DNA of 64,000 nucleotides from a virus, in the IMG/VR virus record IMGVR_UViG_3300022932_000018, positions 3,578 through 67,577 of that record. One strand, given 5' to 3'. Below, in pieces: positions 28,901 to 39,500 of this stretch. The translations under genes and the position numbers were made by a program. The notes below the pieces were generated by a model, which was not told where the DNA came from, ran no database searches, and worked only from the letters and a program-made list of their open reading frames with translations. Each line of letters starts with the position of its first letter. The stretch's first letter is position 1.

Positions 28901-29482
28901 CCTACATTGCCTACTACAAACTTGCCTGACCCATTGTTTGCAGAATATCGGGCTCCGGCTAGCTACGCTTACAATTGGGAAGAAAACCGCTGGAGTGTGG
29001 TGTATCTGAGCGGCGCGGAGTTCCTGCGTATAGGCAATGATGTATATGGTTGGAAAAGCCGGGATTTGTGGAAAGAATTTCAGTCTGGGAACAGCTTCTA
29101 TGGCGAGTCTGATTCCAATATCTGCTTCGTGACTGTTCCCTTCAATCAGGCCTACCCGAAGGTGATACAGCCCCAAGCAATTGCCGTTACGTCGAACCGC
29201 CCTCCGGACTTCTGCTGGATTATTTGCCAGAACCTGTCTGTTCAGCAGATAGCGATGACCCGGCCGTGGAGCCAAAGCAGGGAAGGTGTGTGGCGTGCTG
29301 CGATCATGCGTGATCGTCTTTCCAACAATGCTGTGAGCCCGACAGAATGGGATGCCAGCAACTTCAATGGTGCTTCCCTGAAAGGCGATGTTCCTATTGT
29401 GGTGCTGGGCTGGAATCGGAGCAATGGTATGGTGGAAATACAAACTGCTACGCTGGAGTTCACCTTGTCGAGCGGACAATAA
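25931..29482 (+). CDS. Large tail stabilisation/nozzle (muzzle-like) protein
   Basis: 1183 aa, beta-rich; LIFTDG...RYLN, QFSYIF and NRLFLGN motifs; REGVWRA...LKG C-terminus. Confidence 0.65.
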   Translation: MASNNQTRLLNGGIESDRPPFGAEPSEVLHSLNMHPVIQGKGGKTSLQSFPGNIAMMFSDVLPPGPTNPPITYTLLGKCVYEPDNVAYLFFHASSGPHRIIRFDGNAPTVFFRSDYVVGGTGWTVNTFISCAATKDLLIFTDGTTDVRYLNRATTYSSVTPITQAQLSIIPEPGVVPLLVGRNNNALLGRQIQTVPVQFSYIFTNTDNIRSVLAPFSLTALPARESQMATLSYFWNVITVIMLYEQKIPENWKTVEFVVRYPETNKFDIIRRWSRGNPADEAAVNTHNSGSGGQLTLTNWDGSSLETLDPVYAAKQAEALARTADVLTLSLNRLFLGNVLNGYNTPVIKPVASLTLNNFNTVLPGGTTYPVFILQYAHEPEPGLNKYDGYFTMLVRISGKNYVLPEDINPAFILRYNATPDTYPVFWTVPDNINMAFLRELTVTADLDLTNVAPATITIQRNRWLAINEAHGTTIDFEGGGVALGLGPNSRSYGSFQLQADPDEYGLLGKNRLFAPGDSYDVGIRYYDAGMRSSGLLFLSTINIPAYSPDTLVMTESISATLSNAGNPIPAWAEYYGLTLTSNKKANRLIEFVPDTIKVAIKDSVTGEIKLGGNVYLTTPPSGFELYGLAISTSSLPRYGYGYSYTAGDSIELSGFNNAGSGPTLISGPVLGASGGYVYMKVSSGVFAQLDNIVPDGSNTYVTVGGGTGIVLTPSGGKTQNIVFATILMGQPGSDEQFEVAKFGPVVGPAGSRIFGNFYSSGTTTAVLLGDYYTQKRIGSTGSATGFAGSPYEINNAFHVTDLGRVAPVDNVGEQQLGNTIIWSNPNIPGSNTNGYGTFDAQDYAIVDSQAGEIRALVPTTKGIQDGGQMVVLCTHGSFVCLVGQQQIKGGDTNNAFTAVVGVLGNLNPIAGGRGMQTYRAFDSYQGSVWWVDVFRKEVVEFNSAGAGSVSRFGNAELFKALLTSGEPRVGVNPYSTKVLVSMPQRSGEKPTLPTTNLPDPLFAEYRAPASYAYNWEENRWSVVYLSGAEFLRIGNDVYGWKSRDLWKEFQSGNSFYGESDSNICFVTVPFNQAYPKVIQPQAIAVTSNRPPDFCWIICQNLSVQQIAMTRPWSQSREGVWRAAIMRDRLSNNAVSPTEWDASNFNGASLKGDVPIVVLGWNRSNGMVEIQTATLEFTLSSGQ

Positions 29483-29514
29483 AAAAAGCCCCACTGAGTA
29501 GTGGGGCTTTTTTT
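29481..29514. terminator. Bidirectional terminator between convergent blocks
   Basis: A7-GCCCCACT-GAGT-AGTGGGGC-T7. Confidence 0.9.
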
Positions 29515-29524
29515 GATGGTGGTT

Positions 29525-29719
29525 TTACTTATTGTAGGGGTAAGTTACAAATTCATAGAATCTGATTGCCATGTCGACGACTTCATCGACACCATGCTCT
29601 GATGACCCCATTGCCGTTCTGACGCGGCCGTCTGCAAGTCTTAGGCATTCCATTCGGAGGCTTACCTCTTGTTGTATTTTCTGTTCAGCTATCGTAGCTT
29701 CTTGTTGTTCGAGATTCAT
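29525..29719 (-). CDS. Small hypothetical protein
   Basis: 64 aa; TACCTTTA promoter-like box upstream. Confidence 0.55.
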   Translation of the reverse strand: MNLEQQEATIAEQKIQQEVSLRMECLRLADGRVRTAMGSSEHGVDEVVDMAIRFYEFVTYPYNK

Positions 29720-29755
29720 TGATGTTGGTATTTTTTAGTGAAAAGTAAAGGTAAC

Positions 29756-29780
29756 AAAAAGGCCGCGTAGAAACGCGGCC
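29756..29780 (-). terminator. Intrinsic terminator
   Basis: GGCCGCGT-TTCT-ACGCGGCC followed by TTTTT on the - strand. Confidence 0.75.
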
Positions 29781-29802
29781 ACAAGTTGTCGGGTAAAGTA
29801 TT

Positions 29803-30534
29803 TTATTGCGGCCAGTAGACGCCGGTATTCCAGTTCATGTTGAATCCTTGTTGCGGCTGTTGTCCGAAAGCAAACTGAGATTGCTGTTGTGGACTGCCAA
29901 CATAGTAAGGGGTCTGCGTCGTTGGCTGCAGGTATGGGCTGGCTGCGCTGGTTCCTTGCCTTGCATTCATGTTCGGCGTCCCCATTGCTGTTCCGGCACT
30001 CATAATGCCTTGCGCAGCGAGATTGATGCCTTGTGACGCATTGTAGTTGGCAGCATTGGCACGTCCTAGACGCCAGTTGAACTGGTCGCTGTACATATTG
30101 TTACGGTCCTGGGCAACCATTTCTTGTTGCTGGCCCATGCCTTGCAAAGCGTTGTAGTAATTATTCCTGTTGTTGGCTTCATAGGCAGCCTGAGCCTGCA
30201 TTATCTGAGGCTGTGCATTCTGCAGTTGTGCCTGAGCATTGGCGCTTGCCTGTAATGCCTCGGCACCGGAAGTAGCATAGCGTTGTGCCATCCCCGATGT
30301 AGCTGCTGCCTGCTTCTGAGCTTGCTGTTGCGCTAGGATGATAGCAGGATTGGCGGCATTGCGTTGGTTCATGGCATCAGCGAGTAGCATGCGGGATGCT
30401 TCTGTTGGCTGGTATGCCTGCCTGTTGTTGAGCGCACGCTGAGCAAGCGCTTCCTGTTCCTTCGCCTTCTGTGATGAATTTATTGCCTGGTATATGCCGG
30501 CGCCAGCTGCGATAAGTGGTATGATTGGGAACAT
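29803..30534 (-). CDS. Putative internal virion/DNA ejection protein
   Basis: PLIAAGAGIYQAI N-terminus; A/Q/N-rich helical sequence. Confidence 0.65.
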   Translation of the reverse strand: MFPIIPLIAAGAGIYQAINSSQKAKEQEALAQRALNNRQAYQPTEASRMLLADAMNQRNAANPAIILAQQQAQKQAAATSGMAQRYATSGAEALQASANAQAQLQNAQPQIMQAQAAYEANNRNNYYNALQGMGQQQEMVAQDRNNMYSDQFNWRLGRANAANYNASQGINLAAQGIMSAGTAMGTPNMNARQGTSAASPYLQPTTQTPYYVGSPQQQSQFAFGQQPQQGFNMNWNTGVYWPQ

Positions 30535-30565
30535 GGGTGCTTTACTTTATAGTACGTTCAAAGGT

Positions 30566-30595
30566 AAAAAGAAAGCCCGACGTGTGCCGGGCTTA
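30566..30595 (-). terminator. Intrinsic terminator after the giant gene
   Basis: AAGCCCGG-CACACG-TCGGGCTT followed by TCTTTTT on the - strand. Confidence 0.7.
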
Positions 30596-30597
30596 TC

Positions 30598-33500
30598 TTA
30601 TTTTCTGTACCGGCCTTTCCCGGATGTTGTGACCTGGAATTTGCTGCCGCCATACTTGACCTGCATCTTCTTCTTGCGAATCTGTTGGAGCTTGCGGTTG
30701 ATAGCAGACACATCGGCCTCGCTCACTCCGAGAAGGGCCATGCCGTCTACGAGGGCGCCGATAGTTGCAGCCTGGCGTTCGTTTGGTGCAATATCAACTC
30801 TGGTGACCTTCTGATTGAACATATTACCCTTGTACCTGTCCGTCTGCCCGGTGATGGCCATGCGTGCTTCCGAGCCAGCGTTTGCTGCTGTCTGGAGCGG
30901 CCCGCCAAACATACCCCACTGACCGTAATCGTACTCACCATACTTGGCAGGGTCGTAAACAGAGAAGAAGCCGGGCTCTTTCTCGCTGGCACCATTCATG
31001 CCTTTTATCAGGTAGTTGGAAAGCTCATTCAGCTTTGTCTGAGTGAAGCCGCCCATACCGGCGAAGAAGTAATCCGAGATAGAATTGGCTGCAAACTTCT
31101 GCAGGTTCTTCGCGGTATCTGTTTCTTCTGCGAATTTATCATCGTCGTCATCCCACATGCCCAGCATAGATGCTAGGCCGCGTGCGGCTGCCGTAGTGGC
31201 GATGCCTATCACAAATATCTTGACGGCATTGAAGATGGCTGCTTCGGCCATGGTTGCCGCAAGAGAACGGGCTGCCTCGGCTTTTACATTCTTGTTGCCA
31301 AAAAGCAGCTTCTGAGCGTCGTTGGTCATGCGTACCCGCTGGTTGGTAGCAAAGCCTGAGTATGGCAGGAATATGCGCAGCATGGTGCGTCCCCAGCCTC
31401 CCTTGCGGTACATCTGGCCCATGGACGACGCATCGTTGGCATTCTGGCTACGGCTGGTCATTTGCTCAGCGTATGCGGCTGCCTCCGCGTTCGGGCTGTT
31501 GTGTTCTTCTGCCCAATTGATGCTATCGATATCTACGCCTTGCTCTTTCAGGCTCTGCATGTAGAAAGCAAGCCATGAAGTACGAGCCACCTTTACGTCG
31601 GAATAAACCAGGGCAGCCATGGTAGCATCAGCAACTCGTTGACCGATTTTATCTACCTGGCCGAGTGTCCGCTGGAAGCTGTTGCCAAATTCGGTGCGGT
31701 CTACCCGGCTGAAATCTGTGTCCCTGTTGTAGCCGGCTTTTGTTGATCCACGCTGACCGATGTTGAACTGGTCGAACAGTGGCAGGTTGGTACCTATCTG
31801 CCATGCTTTAGGGAACAGTGAGAAGTCACTGCCCAGGTTGGCCATGGTGTTGCCGGCGACAGAAACGTACTGCTTTGCCAGCTGAGAGAAGGAGCCGAGT
31901 GCGATACGGGCCGCTTTGGCAGCAGCTATATTGGCACCCTTCTCAACCATTCTTTCAACTTGGCTTACTTGTGGTGTTTTACCACGCTGTGCGTCTGCGG
32001 CTGACGTGAGGGCTGTCTGAACAAGCTCTTTATTCTGAGGCGTACCGAATACAGTTTCAGCATTCTTGTTGTCAAGGAACATGCGAATCTGGGCCTTTGC
32101 CTTATTGGTTTCTACATCGTAGTTGGTTTCGTAGAACCGGTCGGCAGCTGCAGAATCGAAGTCAAGGTCGAGTACTGCATTCTGACCTGGCAGAACGAAG
32201 TACCGGCGCCGGCGGTTCTTGGTGCCGGCGGGCGTTTCGTCAATCTTGCGGCGGGAGAAGGTCTGGTCAAACATCGTGGATGCAGCAGCCTGGTCTTTCA
32301 CTCCGCGCAGCTTACTGTAAGTAATAGGCGTGTAGTTATTGACTTCCTCGAAAGGAATATTGCTGTATATCTCACTGTTTTCTGCAACGGTTTCTCTGCG
32401 GTCGGCGAACTGCTGTTGCCAGAACTCAACTATTTTCTGGTTGTCGGCGCCGTTCTCCATGGCAATCAGTTTGGCTTCTACCTCTGCCGGGCTGTTGGAA
32501 CCCTCAAGCAAAGCATTATAGGCGTCGCTGACGTACTTTCCTTTCTGGTTGTCGTTCTTGTCGCCACTGTTATTGAGTCTGTCAGCAGTCTGGGCAACGA
32601 GCCCCTTGATGCGTTCGAACTCTGCGGCGTCCTTCTCGGCACCTTCATTGAAATTCATCTGAGAAAGAGCGTAGACACCACGCATGACCTTGTTCTCCGC
32701 ATCCATCACGGCATCAGGCATGTTCTTTACCAGCTCCTCGTAGGCCTTTATAGCGTTGCTCTGTGTTTTCTGAGCACGCGCATGACCGTTGAACAACTCA
32801 GACTGGCCGGATAGGCGTTGAAGTTCTGCAGCTACACGGGTGTTCTTGGTGATAAATTCATTCAGCAGGTTGATGCTGGCAATCTCACCGGCCACAGCTT
32901 TTGCAATGCCGCTTTTCAGTTCAGCAGGATTTACACCGGAGTCCTTCATCAGCTGTATAAGATGGTCCATGTTTCTTTGGACGATGGACAATGCCGACAT
33001 ATCACCGGCATCCGTGAAGGAGTCGTTGTATGTGATGTTGTTTATTACATCGTTCAGCTTCACCAAGGCAGGCATTTCAAGGTCGGTAGTATCAATCTGG
33101 CGGATGTTGTCGAGCACTTCGGTTTCCTCGGCAGATAGGTTGCTGATATCGTAGTTGTCCAGGTCAATCAACTGGTCGTCTACGTAGGCTTTCATCAGCC
33201 TCAGACGTTCTTCTGCATTGGTAACGGCAGCGGCGGCACGGTCGTCAGCTATCTGAGCAAGCTGGTCGTCAATGGCTGCCTGTATATCTGCTGGAGATGC
33301 GGTTGCAGGGTCAATGGTGCCGGCTGCCACAAGGTCTGCGAATACCCGGTCACGGCGGCGTTGCTCCTGCTCTTTCTTGGCAACTTCCATTTCAGCTGCT
33401 GCAGATTGAACGTAGGCTTCGATGTCGGTGATAGTAGCCTGGTAGTCTGCGTTGGCGACAGTGCCGTTCTTTGCATTGGCTTTGGCGTTACTGATTGTGC

Positions 33501-36500
33501 TCAGCACGCGGTCAGCCATTGCCAGGTACTCGTCAAGGTTCGCAAGTACATCTGGTTTGATACGAAGGAATGCCTTTACGGCGTCAACATTGTTCGCAGC
33601 TTTCTGAACAGCTTTGGAGCGGACAGCAGCGCGTATTTTCTTGGCTACGGATTGGGCGTCTTTCAGCTTGGCATCGTACTCTGCATCCGCAAGTATCTTA
33701 TCGGTGTAGGTAATGAAAGCGTCGAGTTTGGCAGCGTTTTCTCCTACGGCAAGTCCACGCTTGATGATAGCAGCTACCTGCTTTGGCGTAACGGTGCCGG
33801 CTGCTTGTGCTGTTGCAAGGTGTTCCTTTATACGGTCGATGGCTGTTTCGAATGGAGCCTGCGCAATTGCTTTGCCCTGGCTGATTCCTTCTTTGCGGCC
33901 GCGACGTTCACCGGTAACCTCACCTTCCTGCTGACCCTGGGTACGGCCGGCTCTGAATCCTTCCAATGCTGCACGGGCTTCCATGCGGATTTGGTTCTTC
34001 AGGTCTGCCATGCCAGTGGTATCGGTACGGGTGGCGTTATTGATGGTCGTGCCAATGGAAGTCTTAGCCCGTGGCTTGACGTACTCGTTTACCAGCTCCT
34101 CGAACGCAGCTTGGTTGAAGATGCTGGCGTCGTGATTTGCCTTGATAGCACGCACGGCATCATTGATGGCTGCACGCTGGGTCTTGCCGGCGGTCTGTGC
34201 TTCGATTACTGCCCGGAATCCTTCTGCGATTGCAGCTGGTGTAAGGCCTATCCGGTCCAGTGCTTCCTGCCTGCGGGTGAACTCAACGTTTGGCTTTGCC
34301 TTGTCGAGTATCTGCTGTGCTACTTCTGGCCCTACCGTTGCGGCAAGTCCTCTCAGTATTGCAGTTTCGCTTGTGCCACGGGCGAGTTTCTTCTCAGCCA
34401 TCTTTACGAGCTCAGGGTCTATCTGCGGCGCGAGGGAATACATGGTCAGGCCATTCTTCTTGGAACGGGCAGACATGGATTCGGCAAAGCGAAGTGGTGA
34501 GAATACTTCGTCAGGATATACCTGGCTGATATAGTCGTTCAAAACTCCGTACATCTCTGCTACGGCGCCAGTCAGCTCATAGGTGCCTCGTCCTTTGTGA
34601 ACCAGTCCGCCAACGATGGCCTTGTCCGCTGCTGATATTCCTGCCGGGTTCTCCAGCATATCAATCATGATGCCTTCAGCGAAAGGTTCGGATGCGTTCT
34701 GGAATGCTTGCGTTTGCTCTACAAGGTCCAGCATGTTCTGGTACACATCGGGCGCTTTTGCTGCCACGAGTTCTACCATCTGCGAACCTCCAACCGAGTT
34801 GGTAATACGGGAAGCGAAGTCGCTGCTGTTGACGGATGAATAAACACCGGTGAGTTCTCCGGAATCCTCGTCGCTGGAACCCCGGCCGCGTTGCCCGGCT
34901 GTTTCTGCAGCAATGGCAATGCTTTCGTCAATGGCGTCGGCGCTCCGGTTCTGGGAGCGCTCTGCCCTGGCTGCTCTTGTCAGGGTGTTGGGAGCGTCGA
35001 TGATTTCCTTGATGCGTCTTGTCAGGCTGTTGGCAGAGCTGAGTTCTGCGAGGACTGCACGGCTGTATGATTGCAGGCTGATGTTGGCAAACTGCTGTGC
35101 GGTTACCTGGTTGAAGCCGGCTGATTTCTTGAGTGTATCCCAAAGCGATTTCAACCATGCGCTGAATCCCTTTCTGTTTTTCTGCGGGATATTCTGAGCT
35201 TCCTGTTCGATGGTCTGAGCGAGTATTTCCTCTGCGATGGCAGCACGGGCTTCGGACTTATCTTCTGCCTGTCCATATTCTATGGCATAACGTTGCCACA
35301 TGGCTACATCGGATGCGCTCATGCCAGCCGGAGCGGCCGGTTGTTGACCGTCCAGCAATGCAGAAGCATACTGATAGGCGTCTGTTTCCTTTGCAAGCGC
35401 TTCGCCACGGGCATATATGTCTGGAGCATTTACCCGTGCCCAGGCAGCCCATACATGGCCAAGCTCATGGATAGGTGTTGATGGGCTTGCTTCCTCCACG
35501 TTGATGAACATGGTATTGGAGCCAGCATCATACCACCCTTTCGGCGCCGTTTCTTCTGCGAAGGTTTCAGGCAGGAATTGCCGGGCAGATTCGTTGTCTA
35601 CGACGACAAGCGTTGGCTCACCCTTGAACTTGTTTTTGATGCGCTCATGCAGTGCCATTACGCCTTGGCGTGTCCAGCCGGCACGATTCATTGTCGCGTT
35701 GTCGGTGAAGATGTTCTGCGTGCCTGGGCGAACTTCAAACAGGTCTATTTCAGGGGCGGCTTCTTCTACTGGAACTGCTGTTTCTGCTGGGCTATTAGTT
35801 TGCGGAGTGTTTTGAACTTCGCGGCTAATAGCTTCTCTAACTTCTCCTGATAGGTCAATTTCACCTCTCCGGACTGCTTCGTAGTAGGCGTTCTCGAGGT
35901 CTTGCTGGTTGCCATATTCTTGGTTTAAGAGTTCTTTTTCTTTGGCTTGTAATTGCGCTTCTTCCTGTGCCATCACGATGTCGGCTATGCCATCGTTGAG
36001 TGGGAACCCTGTAAGTTGTTCAAACTTGTCTTCTGCGAGGCGCTGATTGCTAGAAGGGCGTGATCTTACTGCCTGGTCAACTCCGCCGGGGAACCGGTAC
36101 ATGAAATCGACAAGGTCTTGTGGAGTGATATTGAGGCCGTTGTTGCCGTCCATATCAGCACCATTCAAGTCAATAGCAATCTGGTCGAGGCTCGCCGCTT
36201 TCTGTCCCTTCTTTCCAATGTAATTCGCAGCGATGCCGCGATTCATATTGTTGCGGTCGCCGAACTGATTGAAAGAATCCTGCGTTGTGGTGAATCCACC
36301 CTGGTCTACGATTGCCTGCTCGATGGTGTCGAGCATTGCTGGCTCTTGCGGCATATTCCGCCAGATGGTCGCTATCTCAACAGGGTTGGTAGAGTTCTCG
36401 ATAATGGAAGCCTCATACTCCTGGCGGTTCACTCCGGCATCTGGTTGTGGTGCCAGAGCGCCTTGCAGGAAATTGTATTTGGCAGCGGCACCTTCGCGCT

Positions 36501-39500
36501 CTTGCTTGTTCGCAGGACGCTCGTTACCGGTATCAACGTTCCGAACAGTGAGGCCGGCCGGCGTATTCATGACGATGCTGTTACCAACGATGGCGTCCAC
36601 GAATGGCTGAATTGGTGGTGCGACAGGTTCCTCGGCTTGCTCGATAGTCTGCGCTTCAAGCTGGCCAAGTAAATCACCAAACTCAGGCGTGATTTCAAAG
36701 TTTGGTTCTGCTTCTTCCGCAACTACTGGTTCCGGCGTTGATTCAGATGGTGCTGCATTCAGTTGTTCCTCGGTTACTACGATGGGTTGGAACTCTCCTT
36801 CCGTGTCTGGGGTTTCTGCTACGGTGGGCTCAAGTACTGTAACTGTTTCCCCTGTGGTTACCGGATCCGCAATGACTTCCTGTGCTACTGGTGGAACTAC
36901 AATATTGTAAGCGCCCTCGGCCAGAGTAGATGGCACATTCTCGCCGCGCATCCTTTGCAGGGCATCCATCACTTCTTCTTTACTCCGGCCTTCATCTACC
37001 AGGCTACGGGTTGCAGCTACCATGGCACGCATGGCTGAGGTGGTAATTCCGGCATCCATTTCAGCTTCGCTTACCGGGCGATCGTTCTCTACCTCTGCAT
37101 CGTAAATATCACGGGCGGTAATGATGTCGATAGCGAAGTCAGATGTAGTGCCAAGCAGGTTGGGCTCTGCAGCATCAATAGTGGCATCGTGTTCTTCCTG
37201 TACGGCTACGGAAAGTTCGGGCGCCGTGAGAGGACGTGCAATGTCCATGGTTGTTTGTCCTGTTGCCAGTGCTGCAGCTATGCGCTTCTTGCCGTCGATT
37301 ATTTGACCGTCCTTTCCTATTACGACGGGATTCGTGTTGGCGGTAATTGACTGTGATGCCGGGGTTGAAGAAGCCTGAATGTAACCTCGAACCTCTGGGT
37401 CGTTTGCATACGGCGTGATATCTATGCTCTCCGTTGTGTAAGGTCCATTGTTCAAGATGGCAGAAGTCTGTGCGCCTCTTAGGCTGGCTGCTGGTGTGTA
37501 TCGTTGAGATATTGCCGCCATTTCTACGCCAGAAACTGTGCGTCCACGAAGGTCTGTGCCTTCTTCAATTTGCTTTATCGCAAGTGTAGACGCGGCAGCT
37601 TTTGCCTGCAAGTCTTGTACTTGTGCCTCTACTGCCTGTCCGGCCTCGCGAGTGAAAATGCCGTTGGCATCACGGGCCATCAGCACCTGAGTTTTCTGCC
37701 CGGTATTTACGTCAGTTATTTCTTCGTACCGGATTTCAGGCGCAATAGCTGCAAGTGCTGCGGCTGTTTCCTGGAGTCGGGCTTGTTCAATTCCGTACTG
37801 CACAGCTTTTGGCCCTACCAGAGCCTGTCCGCCCTTATCCTTTGGCTGGATTGCTCTTGCTACAAAAGGTTCTACCCGGCCAATAAAATTCTGAATCTGC
37901 GAGGCCTGTTCAGGCGTCATTCTTCCGGACTGCAGCTGCTCAGTGATGGATTGCCGGAAGTTTTCAGGGCTTGCCATCGCCTGGTAGATTGCTGCAGCCT
38001 GGCTGGTTGGTGCCTGCGTGCCGTGTTGCCCGATGCTAGACATCATGCCGCCGGCTACGGTCCCAACAAGTCCTTCATGGGCGGCTTGTTCTACCGCGCC
38101 TTTCCAGTCGAATGGTTCGGTGCGGCCTGCGTCATTCCAATCTTGGTAGCTGTCTGCTCCAGAACCAAAAACTTCTTCTACGCCTTCGCCAAGCGATTGC
38201 CCGAGCCGAGGACTTACATTTTGCTTGATGAACTGGCCCAATTTCTGAACACGGCCTGTCGCAATTACTTCGTCAGCACTGTTGACAATTCGATTTGAAA
38301 GATTACTCCCGGCACCTCTCCGGGCAAGCGGGTTTGCAAGGCCTTCAATCAGGATATTGACCGACGCTCTTTGTGCTGCCTTTGCAGATGCTTGCTGTGG
38401 GGTATATCCGGAATCAAGTGCCTGTTTGAAATAGCTGGCATAGATAGTCGGGTATGCGTAGGCAGTAGTATTTATTACGTTATCGATGTAGCGTGTTGCT
38501 ACACGGGCTGGCATAGACTGGAGCGTAGCGGCAAGGCCATCAAATGCTTTTTGCGATAGCGTGCCTTCATTAGCAAGGGCACCGCGCAAAGCTGCTGATG
38601 TAGCACCTCGTTGAGCGGCATTTGCAGCTGGCGCCCAATTACCTATGCTTGCACCTTTAGAAAGAGCACCGAGCCCTACTGATGGTCCAAGAAACTCGCC
38701 TCCTGTGCGGGTGGCGGTTCCAAGGATCGTGTCGAGATACGCAAAGGGATTGTTAGTAAGCGTTGCTGTTGTGAGGTCGGCTTCATTGGTTGGTCGGTTG
38801 CCGCCAAGATATTGTTCGCTTCCAGCCAGCCATTGGGCATGCGTATTGGCCACATTCCTTGCGGCACTTTCGTTGCCCGTCGCATCATACAGAGGCTCCA
38901 ATAGTCCGCGTCCGAGGAAAGCCCCGAAGTTTGACGATGCACGCAAGCCTTCTTTTGCAGCTCCCCAGATGTAGCCAACAGGTTTCAGTACGCCGCCGGC
39001 ACCGTCGTGCAAGAAATCTGTGATGTCTTGATTGTAGTTGTTGGCTTGCTGAAATTCATTCTTCTTGCCCTGCACAATCGCATCGGCAGCTTGTTTAAAT
39101 TTCTTTTCGTCGCCGCCGGCCAATTCAATTACTTCACGCTTAAAAGTGGGGTTGAATTGTTTTGTTTCCTGGTTGGTGTAAACAAGGTCTTTGCTGACTG
39201 GCGTTTTCAGGTCTGTGAATCGTGTAGCGTTGCTCTGAATGCCACGCAAAGCAGCATCTGAAGGGTCGCCAACGATGGAACGGAACCGGTCGTCGTCATA
39301 ATCAGGGAGTGCCTTTGCGGCTTTCTGTTGTGCCTTTTGCTGGCCGTAACGGGCGGTGGCTGCCAATGTATTTTGATATGCCTTACGGTCGGCATCGCTT
39401 ATCCCTGCTGCAAATTCAGTTGCCGGCTTTGCGGCTGCCGCAACCTGGCTGTTGAATGCTTGTTGGTATTGCTTCAGCTGCTGTTGCCGTTGCGCTTCTG

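Noticed and set aside
32150-32175. DLDFD as an RNA polymerase catalytic motif in the giant protein
   Set aside because: It lacks the DxDGD/DFDID context and lies in a helical C-terminal region.
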